DNA of 43,348 nt from Candidatus Margulisiibacteriota bacterium (GCA_031268855.1 JAIRWS010000045.1:1-43348); one strand, 5' to 3'. Shown: positions 1-7,961, counted from the first letter of the stretch. Notes: generated by a model not told the origin, from the sequence alone. Numbers and translations are program-made.

Positions 1-2
1 CC

Positions 3-515
3 AAACAGGATAAATTGACCGACGCGCAGCTGGCCTTGCTGGCTTCACTGAAGACGCTGGCTTTTTTCCCGAAAGGCACAATACTGCCTTTTAGCTCCGC
101 CGCCTGGGACGAAGCCAGTTCGGAATTCAAAACAATCTGGAAAATCTGCGACGGTTCGGACGGCAGAACCATCAATCTGGCTGGTAAATTTTTGCGCGGC
201 GGTAGATACGCTGAGTATGGCCAGACCGGCGGCACGGATACTACAGAGGTACCGTATCACAATCATGGCGTGACCGATAATGGACATGGACATCCAGTGC
301 CTTTCACAATGTCGAATGCTTACAGTGGCGATAACTATGAAGAAACTCCGATTGGTAGAGGTAGACGTGGTGAGTGGTCAGGAAATTGGGGACGCACCGT
401 CACAATTTATGCCGAAAACGCAAAAACAGACATTTCCGTGGACTATGCCGGTTCACAGACAGCTGACAATCGCCCCGCCTTTTGCACTGTGATCTTTATT
501 GAAAAAATACAGTGA
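3..515 (+). CDS. phage tail-collar domain / tail-fibre-like protein (probably 5'-partial; frame open to window edge, first start-like codon TTG at 15)
   Basis: Track ORF 15..515, with no in-frame stop between nt 3 and 15. The translation shows the tail-collar (MdpB-like) pattern FPKGTILPFS..W..ICDGSDGRTINLAGKFLRG..GQTGG..EVPYHNHG..GHGH and a C-terminal NRPAFCTVIFIEK. Confidence 0.7.
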   Translation, partial: KQDKLTDAQLALLASLKTLAFFPKGTILPFSSAAWDEASSEFKTIWKICDGSDGRTINLAGKFLRGGRYAEYGQTGGTDTTEVPYHNHGVTDNGHGHPVPFTMSNAYSGDNYEETPIGRGRRGEWSGNWGRTVTIYAENAKTDISVDYAGSQTADNRPAFCTVIFIEKIQ

Positions 516-630
516 GTTTATTTTTTAATAGTATCTATAGAATATATTATGTCCTTGTATAGTGGCTGTTAGTTTGCCCGGTCACTGAGCGAAGTCGAAG
601 TGACCGATAGACAGCGATTATGTCGGTTCG

Positions 631-702
631 CCAGCGTATCCGTAGGATACTCCGTTCACCGACCGGACACTTAGATGCTTTACCAGCGTATCTGTAGGAT
701 AC
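631..702. repeat. two copies of a 20-nt element carrying a 6-bp-arm palindrome (ccagcGTATCCgtaGGATAC / ccagcGTATCTgtaGGATAC), 52 bp apart
   Basis: Read directly at 631..650 and 683..702. They are embedded in a hairpin-rich non-coding stretch (ggtcact-N12-agtgacc at 580..605; cttcgga-tagc-tccgaag at 738..755) just upstream of the truncated PIN ORF. Confidence 0.6.
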
Positions 703-762
703 GGGCTCACCCGTCCCAGACCGCTCAGCAACCAAGGCTTCGGATAGCTCCGAAGTGTCCTC

Positions 763-1002
763 ATGGCAAGGGTTTTTGTGAAATATCCGGCGACAAAAAA
801 ATGGTTTTCACCAACGATAATGCTTGTCACGGAACAGGCTGTAAATTTATACAGACGGTTGCGCAAGAGAGGAGCCACTATCCGCGCCTCGGCGGATTGT
901 CTCATTGCGGCGTATGCTCTGCTGGCGGATATCCCTATTCTGCATAAGGATCGAGATTTTAAGCAAATTGCCCAAAATAGCGCTTTAAGAATATATAAAT
1001 AA
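763..1002 (+). pseudogene. 5'-truncated PIN-domain (VapC-like) toxin remnant
   Basis: The 79-aa ORF ends with the typical PIN C-terminal half (ASADCLIAAYALLADIPILHKDRDFKQIA). The N-terminal ~50 aa carrying the first acidic residues are absent: the same frame upstream has stops at 745 and 643. No antitoxin ORF lies upstream. Confidence 0.6.
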
Positions 1003-1023
1003 ATTTTATCAGATGGGCTATAG

Positions 1024-1290
1024 TCATTGTCTGTTTGTAATTTACATAATAGAATACAGTAGTATCTTTCCCCGATAGCTAACAACGCCCGCTTAACGCG
1101 GCCGTTGTTTCAGGTAACGTAGCGTAGTTATTGTTAATTTGTAAATTAGGTAATAAAATAAAACAACTTTCATTCCCCGATAGCTAACAGCGTCCGCTGA
1201 CGCGGCCACTGTTTCGTGTTACGGATTGTAGTTATTGTTAGTTTGTAATATAGGTTATAGAATACTGTGGTGTACATTCCCCGATAGCTC
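1024..1290 (+). repeat. three tandem ~105-bp units, each a promoter-like element plus the first 12 nt of tRNA-Asn (tccccgatagct at 1069, 1174, 1278); the third unit is the real gene
   Basis: Direct reading. Units A and B are roughly 80% identical by eye. In A and B the tRNA body is replaced by an imperfect hairpin (aacaacgcccgc-ttaac-gcggccgttgtt in A; aacagcgtccgc..gcggccactgtt in B). Confidence 0.85.
1235..1263 (+). promoter_or_regulatory. candidate sigma-70 promoter of tRNA-Asn (-35 TTGTTA, 17-nt spacer, -10 TAGAAT)
   Basis: Hexamers at 1235..1240 and 1258..1263; the tRNA starts 14 nt after the -10. The same architecture is repeated upstream (TTGTTA-17-TAAAAT and TTGTCT-17-TAGAAT) in the two duplicated units. 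Confidence 0.45.
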
Positions 1291-1350
1291 AGTCGGTAGA
1301 GCAAATGACTGTTAATCATTGGGTCGTAGGTTCGAGTCCTACTCGGGGAG
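1278..1350 (+). tRNA. tRNA-Asn (anticodon GTT), 73 nt, no encoded CCA
   Basis: Manual cloverleaf: acceptor tccccga/tcgggga, D arm gctc-agtcggta-gagc, anticodon arm aatga-ctGTTaa-tcatt, variable gggtc, T arm gtagg-ttcgagt-cctac, discriminator g. The gactGTTaatc loop matches bacterial tRNA-Asn. Confidence 0.93.
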
Positions 1351-1666
1351 CTTGGCATTAATACCAGCCGAAATATTGCTCGGGCGAAAATAGTGTTTTC
1401 AAAACTGATGGACCACGAGTGAGCGTAGCGAACGAAGTCGTCCTACTCGGGGAGCTTGGCATTAATAACAGCCGAAATGTTGCTCGGGCGAAAATAGTGT
1501 TTCCAAAGCTGATGGACCACGAGTGAGCGCAGCGAACGAAGTCGTCCTACTCGGGGAGCTTGGCATTAATACCAGCCGAAATATTGCTCGGGCGAAAATA
1601 GTGTTTTCAAAACTGATGGACCACGAGTGAGCGCAGCGAACGAAGTCGTCCTACTCGGGGAGCCAT
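1337..1666 (+). repeat. tandem repeat with an exact 104-bp period, 3 full copies plus a partial 4th, each starting with the last 15 nt of tRNA-Asn (tcctactcggggagc)
   Basis: Copies start at 1337, 1441, 1545 and 1649. Copies 1 and 3 differ at 1 nt, and copy 2 differs from copy 3 at 4 nt. Copies 1-3 continue with cttggcatta, and only the 4th continues with cca. Confidence 0.9.
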
Positions 1667-1760
1667 ATATGACAGCAGACGAAACTTGTCCGGTGGTGTC
1701 GGCAAAACCATTTTCATTACCCTATAAGATTTCGATAATCAGTGATATTCTTATACTCGG

Positions 1761-2765
1761 ATGACAAACAAATTAGCCAGAAATTATATTGTCGAAATCA
1801 AGCAGATACTCACACAGGCCAGAGCGCAAGCCTATACCGCTGTAAATTCCGCTATGGTGCAGGCGTATTGGTTAATCGGCAAGCGGATTATCGAGGAAGA
1901 ACAGCACGGCAAGAAGCGCGCCAATTATGGCGAAGAAGTATTATTGACACTTTCTAAAGAATTGACCAAAGAATTTGGCAAGGGGTTCGCTATTTCAAAT
2001 ATAAGGGATATACGTCAGTTTTATCTGACATTTCCAAATCGCCACGCACTGCGTGGTGATTTGGGCTGGACACATTATAGATTTTTAATGCGTATTGATA
2101 ATGTCGGCGCCCGTCAGTTTTATATGAGCGAATGCGTAAAGTCCAGATGGAGTACCAGACAATTAGAACGTCAGATAAACACTCATTTTTATGAAAGGCT
2201 ATTATCCAGCCGTGATAAAAAGGCAGTCTCTAAAGAAATAATGAGAGTTGAACAACCTGCTCGGCCCAAGGATTTTATTCGCAGTCCGTATGTTTTGGAG
2301 TTTTTAGACGTTTCTCCTGCGCCTAATTTATATGAAAAAGATTTAGAAACAGCCATCATAGATCACTTGCAATCATTCTTGTTGGAATTAGGCAGAGGTT
2401 TCTCTTTTGTGGCCAGACAAAAACGTATATCTTTTGATGGGCGAGATTTCTATATCGACCTCGTATTTTATCATTACATTTTAAAATGCTTTGTGTTGGT
2501 GGACTTGAAAATGGACGATTTGACGCATCAGGATTTAGGGCAAATGCAGATGTATGTAAATTATTTCAGCAGGGAATTAAGACAGGAAGGCGATAATCCG
2601 CCGATTGGTTTAATTTTGTGTGCTGATAAAAGCGAAGCGGTAGTCAAGTATACTTTGCCGAAAGACAACAAACAAATATTTGCTTCTAAATATATGCTTT
2701 ATTTACCGACTGAAAAAGAATTGATAAAAGAAATAGCACGCCAAAAAAAGATTTTACATTTATAA
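1761..2765 (+). CDS. DUF1016 / YhcG-family PD-(D/E)XK nuclease-domain protein
   Basis: 334-aa ORF. The N-terminal pattern (IKQILTQARAQAYTAVNSAMVQAYWLIGKRIIEEEQHG..RANYGEEVL..LSKELTKEFGKGF) and the C-terminal restriction-endonuclease-like core (YIDLVFYHYILKCFVLVDLK) are characteristic of the YhcG family. Confidence 0.85.
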   Translation: MTNKLARNYIVEIKQILTQARAQAYTAVNSAMVQAYWLIGKRIIEEEQHGKKRANYGEEVLLTLSKELTKEFGKGFAISNIRDIRQFYLTFPNRHALRGDLGWTHYRFLMRIDNVGARQFYMSECVKSRWSTRQLERQINTHFYERLLSSRDKKAVSKEIMRVEQPARPKDFIRSPYVLEFLDVSPAPNLYEKDLETAIIDHLQSFLLELGRGFSFVARQKRISFDGRDFYIDLVFYHYILKCFVLVDLKMDDLTHQDLGQMQMYVNYFSRELRQEGDNPPIGLILCADKSEAVVKYTLPKDNKQIFASKYMLYLPTEKELIKEIARQKKILHL

Positions 2766-2887
2766 ATCGTAAAAATTGTACTCTTGGGCTGTTTTTTTCC
2801 GCGTTTGGATGGCCGCCTGAAAGCCAGTGGCGATAAAAACGGCTGGGCGTGTTACAACTTTTAGCGATACTTTGCTTGGTATTATTT

Positions 2888-2901
2888 TCGGGGAGCTTGG
2901 C
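2888..2901 (+). repeat. additional 14-nt copy of the tRNA-Asn 3' end plus downstream junction (tcggggagcttggc); att-like direct repeat
   Basis: Identical to 1343..1356, 1447..1460 and 1551..1564. Together with those copies it brackets the DUF1016 gene. Confidence 0.6.
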
Positions 2902-2960
2902 GTTCGATACTTACCCTATTCTTTCCTAAAAATAGTGTATAATAAATTCCAAGAGGGAAT

Positions 2961-3224
2961 ATGACAGGTTATAATCCGGTAAGTTTTAAATACTTAACAG
3001 GCTGGGGGGATGTCGACCTGTCGGCGGCGCCAGTCGCGCAGGCCGCCACTATCGAGGACATTTTCAAGGCTTTGAAAAAATTTTCCGCCAAAGAAAGAGA
3101 GTACTTTCGGGATAAATGGCGCGAGGCCTATCGTTTTTACGCCAGCGTGCTGCTGGAGAGTGATGACGCGGAAGCCGCCTGCGGTGATGAATACTTGCAA
3201 AAAATCGAAAGGGAATTGAGTTAA
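2961..3224 (+). CDS. hypothetical protein (87 aa), directly abutting the downstream sigma factor gene
   Basis: ATG is preceded by agaggga, and the stop TAA at 3222..3224 is followed directly by the ATG of the next gene. No recognisable motif. Confidence 0.5.
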   Translation: MTGYNPVSFKYLTGWGDVDLSAAPVAQAATIEDIFKALKKFSAKEREYFRDKWREAYRFYASVLLESDDAEAACGDEYLQKIERELS

Positions 3225-3860
3225 ATGACAGAGGCGGCGCGGGTGGAAGAAATCTGGAAAAAGGTCAAAAAAACGGTTGATAAAGACATTAAAAAACACC
3301 TGACCGAAAAATATTCCGACCAGATACTTAAAAAATACAACAGCAAGATAAATTATCTCATCAACAAATATTTTTCTTCGCTGCCGACGCATGTGGTCAA
3401 TACCGAGGGCGACGATATCGCCAATGTCGCGCGCATTGAGTTTTTTGAGACGCTCAAAGTCTGGGATCCCGAGCGCAACGAGGACGTCTGGCCGCTGGCC
3501 TATTCGCGCATCAGCGGAGCTATGCGCGACCAGATCCGTTATATCACCAAGGCTTCGCCGACGCGGCTCTACAATTGGGTAACTGACGCGTCCAATATTT
3601 ATCTGGCCGTCGAGCAGGATAATAGTTTTGAAAACAAAATCGAATCCGGCGTGGTTTTAAACGAAGCTCTGCAAAAACTCGACCGCAAAGAAAAATTTAT
3701 CATTATCAGCCGTTTCAAGCACGATAAGACTTTCAAAGAGATCGGCGAAGCGATCGGCATTTCCGAATCGCAGACCACCCGTATTTATAAACAGGTGATC
3801 GAAAAACTGCGCAAGCTGATTGCGGAAAAAGGAGTTTACAAATCGTCCTCGCCTATTTAG
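3225..3860 (+). CDS. sigma-70 family RNA polymerase sigma factor (group 3/4-like, regions 2 and 4)
   Basis: Region 2-like DDIANVARIEFFETLKVWDPERNEDVWPLAYSRISGAMRDQIRYI. Region 4 HTH LDRKEKFIIISRFKHDKTFKEIGEAIGISESQTTRIYKQVIEKLRKL. Confidence 0.85.
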   Translation: MTEAARVEEIWKKVKKTVDKDIKKHLTEKYSDQILKKYNSKINYLINKYFSSLPTHVVNTEGDDIANVARIEFFETLKVWDPERNEDVWPLAYSRISGAMRDQIRYITKASPTRLYNWVTDASNIYLAVEQDNSFENKIESGVVLNEALQKLDRKEKFIIISRFKHDKTFKEIGEAIGISESQTTRIYKQVIEKLRKLIAEKGVYKSSSPI

Positions 3861-4888
3861 ACACTTTTCTGGCCGCGCTGCTCACCTCTCTGGCCGCCGT
3901 CTGGCCGGTCAAAAAGCTGGCCATTTATTCCAACGCGATCGATTGTCCCAGCCAGCGCAAAATTCACGCGCGCCCCACGCCGAAGCTCGGCGGGCTGGCG
4001 ATCTTTCTCGGTATTATCGCCGCGCTGGGTGTCAGCCGGATTTTTTACGGCAATATTTTCAGCCACGAAATGATCGTCATCCTGAGCGGCGGCCTGCTGA
4101 CCGTGGCGCTGGGTTTTGTCGATGATATTTATTCTTTGCCGTGGTCGGTCAAGCTTCTCGGCCAAACCGTTATCGCTGTCCTGGTGGTGTGTTGCGGCAT
4201 TGAGATCAATTACCTCAAACACCTCCTGTCCCTGCAAATAATCGAGCTTGGCGTTTTCAGCAAAATCCTTTCGGTTTTTTGGATCTTGGTGGTCATGAAC
4301 ATCATCAATCTGATCGACGGTCTGGACGGGCTGGCCAGCGGCATCGCGCTGATCTCGGCTTTCGCGCTCTTTATTATTTCTCTCCTGACCGATCAGCCGC
4401 ACGTGGTTTTTTTGCTGCTCGCGCTTTGCGGCGCCACGGCCGGTTTTCTGCGTTTCAATTTTCACCCCGCTTCGATCTTTTTAGGCGACACCGGCTCGCT
4501 GCTGCTGGGCTATTTGCTGGCGGTCTGTTCGATCACTGGCGTGCTCAAGAGCGCGACAATTATCGCGCTGGGCATACCGCTGCTCTCGCTGCTGATCCCG
4601 CTGGCCGACACGGCGCTGGCTATTGTCCGCCGGCTCAAAAACCGTGTGAATATTTTCCTGCCCGACCGCGGGCATCTGCATCATATTCTGCTAAATTATT
4701 ACAAAGACAGCCAGCGCGAAGTAGTGGCGCTGCTGTATTCCGCTTCAGTCGCGCTCAATCTAGCCGCCGTGCTGCTTTCCGTAACTTCCGGAATATACTC
4801 TTACTTGTGGTTTCTAGTTATAATTGTGGTATTACTGATCGCGGCCTTGCGGCTGAAAAAAAGGATCTTATGGCCAGAGTCAAAATAA
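3842..4888 (+). CDS. glycosyltransferase family 4 (WecA/TagO/MraY-like) undecaprenyl-phosphate HexNAc-1-phosphate transferase; start uncertain (canonical-ATG ORF is 4070..4888)
   Basis: Motifs NIINLIDGLDGLASG and FNFHPASIFLGDTGSLLLGY. The same frame upstream of 4070 encodes the conserved N-terminus (PSQRKIHARPTPKLGGLAIFLG) but has no ATG/GTG/TTG back to the in-frame stop at 3788. ATC at 3842 lies 7 nt after AAGGAG. Confidence 0.75.
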   Translation: MVLAYLDTFLAALLTSLAAVWPVKKLAIYSNAIDCPSQRKIHARPTPKLGGLAIFLGIIAALGVSRIFYGNIFSHEMIVILSGGLLTVALGFVDDIYSLPWSVKLLGQTVIAVLVVCCGIEINYLKHLLSLQIIELGVFSKILSVFWILVVMNIINLIDGLDGLASGIALISAFALFIISLLTDQPHVVFLLLALCGATAGFLRFNFHPASIFLGDTGSLLLGYLLAVCSITGVLKSATIIALGIPLLSLLIPLADTALAIVRRLKNRVNIFLPDRGHLHHILLNYYKDSQREVVALLYSASVALNLAAVLLSVTSGIYSYLWFLVIIVVLLIAALRLKKRILWPESK

Positions 4889-6120
4889 TCGGCGAACAGC
4901 CTTTGTACGGCGCGGTTAATATTTCCGGCGCCAAAAATTCCGCGCTGCCGATCATGGCCGCCACGGCGCTGCTGGACGGCGAGAGTTTAATTACCAATGT
5001 GCCCGAATTAACCGACATTACGACTATGGTGCGTATGCTGCGCTCGATCAACATCGTCGCCGAACAAAACGGCAACAATATCCGTGTTTACAATAAAAAA
5101 CAAATCAAGCATTTGATCCCCTATGAGCTCGTCACGAAAATGCGGGCTTCGTTTTTTATCGCGGGGCCGATTTTGGCCAGAGTCGGCATGGTGCGCGTGC
5201 CAATGCCGGGCGGCTGCGCGATCGGTTCGCGGCCGGTAGATATTCATCTCAAGGGCTTTGAGGCTCTGGGCGCTAAAGTCCGGCTGGAACACGGCTTCAT
5301 TGAGATCCGCTGCCCCCAACTCAAGGGCGCGCCTGTGGATTTTTCTTTTCCCAGCGTGGGCGCCACGGAAAATATTATGATGGCCGCCACGCTGGCCGAA
5401 GGCACGACCACGCTCACCAACGCCGCGCAGGAGCCGGAGATCGTTGACCTGGCTGAGCTGCTCAATAAAGCTGGCGCCAAAATCAGCGGCGCGGGAACCT
5501 CGACAATCACGATCAAAGGCGTCAGCAAACTCTCCGGCGTAAAACATACGATCATTCCTGACCGCATCGAAGCCGGAACCATGCTGCTGGCCGGTTTGAT
5601 CACGCATGGCAAAGTCACAGTTCACAATGTGCGTCCGGCGGATATTTCCGCGCCGCTTTCCGCGCTGGCCAGCACTGGCGCCAAATTGACCATTAAAAAT
5701 AATTCTATCGAAGCGGCGGCCAGTGGCGTCTGCCGCAGCACCGACATCGTCACCAGTCCGCACCCGGGGTTTCCGACGGACATGCAGGCGCAGATCATGG
5801 CTTATCTAGCGCTGGCGGACGGCATGAGCACTATCCGCGAAACAATTTTTGAAAACCGTTTTATGCACACCAGCGAGCTGCAGCGCATGGGCGCCAATAT
5901 CCGCATCAAAGAAAGGATTGCTATAATTAAGGGTGTGCCCAAACTTTCTGGCGCAGAAGTCAAAGCCACCGATCTGCGCGCGGGCGCGGCGCTTTGGCTG
6001 GCTGGACTGGCGGCGCAGGGCGAGACGACGATCTATGATATTGAGCATATCGAACGCGGCTACGAAAAACTGACGGAAAAACTTTCGCGGCTGGGCGCGA
6101 AGATCAAGAGGATCAAATAA
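4870..6120 (+). CDS. murA: UDP-N-acetylglucosamine 1-carboxyvinyltransferase
   Basis: Starts MARVKIIGEQPLYGAVNISGAKNSALPIMAATALL (classic MurA N-terminus) and shows full-length similarity, including the GGCAIGSRPVDIHL loop. The longer track ORF from 4279 is an out-of-context extension overlapping the upstream gene. Confidence 0.93.
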   Translation: MARVKIIGEQPLYGAVNISGAKNSALPIMAATALLDGESLITNVPELTDITTMVRMLRSINIVAEQNGNNIRVYNKKQIKHLIPYELVTKMRASFFIAGPILARVGMVRVPMPGGCAIGSRPVDIHLKGFEALGAKVRLEHGFIEIRCPQLKGAPVDFSFPSVGATENIMMAATLAEGTTTLTNAAQEPEIVDLAELLNKAGAKISGAGTSTITIKGVSKLSGVKHTIIPDRIEAGTMLLAGLITHGKVTVHNVRPADISAPLSALASTGAKLTIKNNSIEAAASGVCRSTDIVTSPHPGFPTDMQAQIMAYLALADGMSTIRETIFENRFMHTSELQRMGANIRIKERIAIIKGVPKLSGAEVKATDLRAGAALWLAGLAAQGETTIYDIEHIERGYEKLTEKLSRLGAKIKRIK

Positions 6121-7544
6121 TGGCCTTTAAAAAAAATAAAGTTTGGCAGGATTTTTTACGCGAGACTGACACGGTCGAAAATCTGATCGGCCTGCTGTGG
6201 TTTGTCATATCTTCGGCGATCCTCGTTTGGCCGGTGCTGGCGGATTGGCAGTGGCCGCGCGCGCTGGCGCTGACTATCCTCAACGGCGCGGCGCTCGGAC
6301 TGATCGTCAACAAAATACTGACCATGCATGCGCGCAGTATTGTCTTTACGCGGCGGATCTTTATTTTGCTGGCTTTAATTTCCTGCGCGGCGCTGCTGGC
6401 CGCCAACTATCTGCTGCCGTTTAATCCATTTTTGGTGCCGGTCGCCGCGGCGGTGGCGATCTACGGTTTTGTCTACGGCAATCGCTCGGTGGCGATCTAT
6501 CTGACCGTTTATCTGGCTTTTGTGCTGGCTTTGCAAAATCCTGAAAACTGGTTTTATTTTTTTATAGTGTACACGTCTCAGGGTTTGTTTCTGATCCAAT
6601 TGTCCAGCAGCCGGCTGGAGCGCAACTCGCTGGCTTATTCGGCTTTGCTTAGCGCGCTGGCCGGCATCGGCACAATGTTTTTATTCTGCCTGCTCGGGCA
6701 AAGCGACTTTCACACTTTGCACGGCAACGCCGCGGCCATGCTGCTTTCGGCTCTAGCCTCGACAGTGATCATCATCGGTTTGCTGCCGTACATTGAGGAT
6801 ATTTTTTATATTGTCACGCCGACCAAACTGCTGGAGCTGGCCAGCCCCAATAATCCGCTGCTCAAACGGCTGCTGATGGAAGCGCCGGGCACGTATCATC
6901 ACTCGCTGACCGTCGCCAATCTGGCCGAGGCCGCCACAGAAGCCATAAAGGGGAATGCTCTGCTCTCCAGAGTCGGCGCATATTATCACGACATCGGCAA
7001 GATCAAACGGCCGCTTTTTTTCGTGGAAAATCAGCACGCTTTTGACAATCCGCACAATCAGCTCAACCCGCAGATGTCGGCGATCATCATTATTTCGCAC
7101 GTCAAAGACGGCGCGGCGCTGGGCAAAGAATACAAACTGCCGCGGCCGATCATCGATATTATTCAGCAGCATCACGGCGACAACGTCATGTCGTATTTTT
7201 TTCATACGTTTAAAGAAACCAATGAGAAAGCCGCCGAGAGCGAAAAAACCACGGTCAATGAAGATGATTTTCGTTATCATGGCCCCAAGCCGCGCACAAA
7301 AGAAGCCGCGATCATTATGCTGGCCGATTCCTGCGAAGCCGCGGTGCGCACGCTGGAAAAACCGACACCGTCGCGCGTCAATAACCTGATCAGCCGCATT
7401 ATCAAGGACAAGATCGACAACGGCCAGCTCGACGACAGTCCGCTGACTTTTCGGGAGATCAGCAAAATCCGCGCTTCTCTACAGCAGACCATCGGCAATA
7501 TGTTCCACAATAGAATCGCCTACAATGACCAAAGCAAAGACTAG
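6120..7544 (+). CDS. 7TM-receptor HD-domain phosphohydrolase (PgpH/YqfF-like, short form without a large extracellular domain)
   Basis: The N-terminal half is multi-pass hydrophobic. HD domain: GTYHHSLTVANLAEAA..RVGAYYHDIGKIKRPLFFVENQ..ISHVKDG. TAATG overlap with murA. Confidence 0.85.
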   Translation: MAFKKNKVWQDFLRETDTVENLIGLLWFVISSAILVWPVLADWQWPRALALTILNGAALGLIVNKILTMHARSIVFTRRIFILLALISCAALLAANYLLPFNPFLVPVAAAVAIYGFVYGNRSVAIYLTVYLAFVLALQNPENWFYFFIVYTSQGLFLIQLSSSRLERNSLAYSALLSALAGIGTMFLFCLLGQSDFHTLHGNAAAMLLSALASTVIIIGLLPYIEDIFYIVTPTKLLELASPNNPLLKRLLMEAPGTYHHSLTVANLAEAATEAIKGNALLSRVGAYYHDIGKIKRPLFFVENQHAFDNPHNQLNPQMSAIIIISHVKDGAALGKEYKLPRPIIDIIQQHHGDNVMSYFFHTFKETNEKAAESEKTTVNEDDFRYHGPKPRTKEAAIIMLADSCEAAVRTLEKPTPSRVNNLISRIIKDKIDNGQLDDSPLTFREISKIRASLQQTIGNMFHNRIAYNDQSKD

Positions 7545-7556
7545 CATATTTTAACC

Positions 7557-7961
7557 ATGCACTACCTAAACAAACTGGTTCAAGTAAAAATCGACCGCGC
7601 TATTGTCAGCGCTCTTTTGCGGAAAAGCGGTTTGTCGGAAGTTTCCGTCACGCTGTGCGACCAAGCCATGATCCAAAAATTAAACAAAAAATTCCGCGGG
7701 CAAAATCAACCGACGGATGTGCTGTCTTTTGACTGCGGGGACATTATTATCTGTCCGGCAGCCGCGGCGGCCAATGCCCGAAAATACCGCAATACTTTAG
7801 CCAAGGAGCTGCTCTACCTGCTCATTCACGGCCTTTGTCATCTGCAGGGGCATGACCACAGCACGCCGCGCGAAACCGCCCGTATGCAAAAAGCCGAGCA
7901 GCGCTACTTGGCGTATCTGCGCAAAAAATATAAAATAATAATTACGGGGAGAATCCAGTGA
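7557..7961 (+). CDS. ybeY: rRNA maturation endoribonuclease YbeY
   Basis: 134 aa with the zinc motif HGLCHLQGHDH and DVLSF upstream of it. Confidence 0.9.
   Translation: MHYLNKLVQVKIDRAIVSALLRKSGLSEVSVTLCDQAMIQKLNKKFRGQNQPTDVLSFDCGDIIICPAAAAANARKYRNTLAKELLYLLIHGLCHLQGHDHSTPRETARMQKAEQRYLAYLRKKYKIIITGRIQ

Noticed and set aside
3-515. Calling a prophage on the basis of the tail-collar ORF
   Set aside because: Only one phage-like gene is visible, and it is cut by the window edge. The other structural genes, the integrase and att sites cannot be assessed from this window.
547-760. Retron msr/msd or group II intron fragment suggested by the dense hairpins
   Set aside because: No reverse transcriptase ORF lies nearby, and I see no match by eye to the domain V consensus. 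I have kept it only as an unexplained structured repeat.
1170-1358. 62-aa minus-strand ORF
   Set aside because: It overlaps the tRNA-Asn gene and its duplicated flank. It is an artefact of the repeat region.
1337-1666. Regularly spaced 104-bp repeats considered as a possible CRISPR array
   Set aside because: The units are contiguous and near-identical along their whole length, with no unique spacers. The period is far larger than CRISPR repeat-plus-spacer units, each unit begins with tRNA sequence, and no cas genes are present.
1069-1666. Split or permuted tRNA halves (5' fragments upstream, 3' fragments downstream)
   Set aside because: The duplicated pieces cover only 12 nt (acceptor 5' strand plus the start of the D arm) and 15 nt (T-stem 3' strand plus the acceptor 3' strand). 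No additional anticodon arm exists, and an intact collinear tRNA-Asn is present at 1278..1350.
4279-4869. 613-aa version of the murA ORF starting at 4279
   Set aside because: The N-terminal 197 aa are Arg/Ala-rich out-of-frame read-through of the WecA-family gene. MurA homology begins exactly at the ATG at 4870.
5008-5763. Long antisense or alternative-frame ORFs in the GC-rich core (e.g. 5008..5763 -, 3857..4465 -, 8569..9264 -, 15140..15952 +, 16584..17465 -, 22534..23472 +, 13183..13725 +)
   Set aside because: All lie entirely inside well-supported genes on the other strand or frame, have Arg/Ala/Gly-rich low-complexity translations typical of GC-rich shadow ORFs, and show no motifs.
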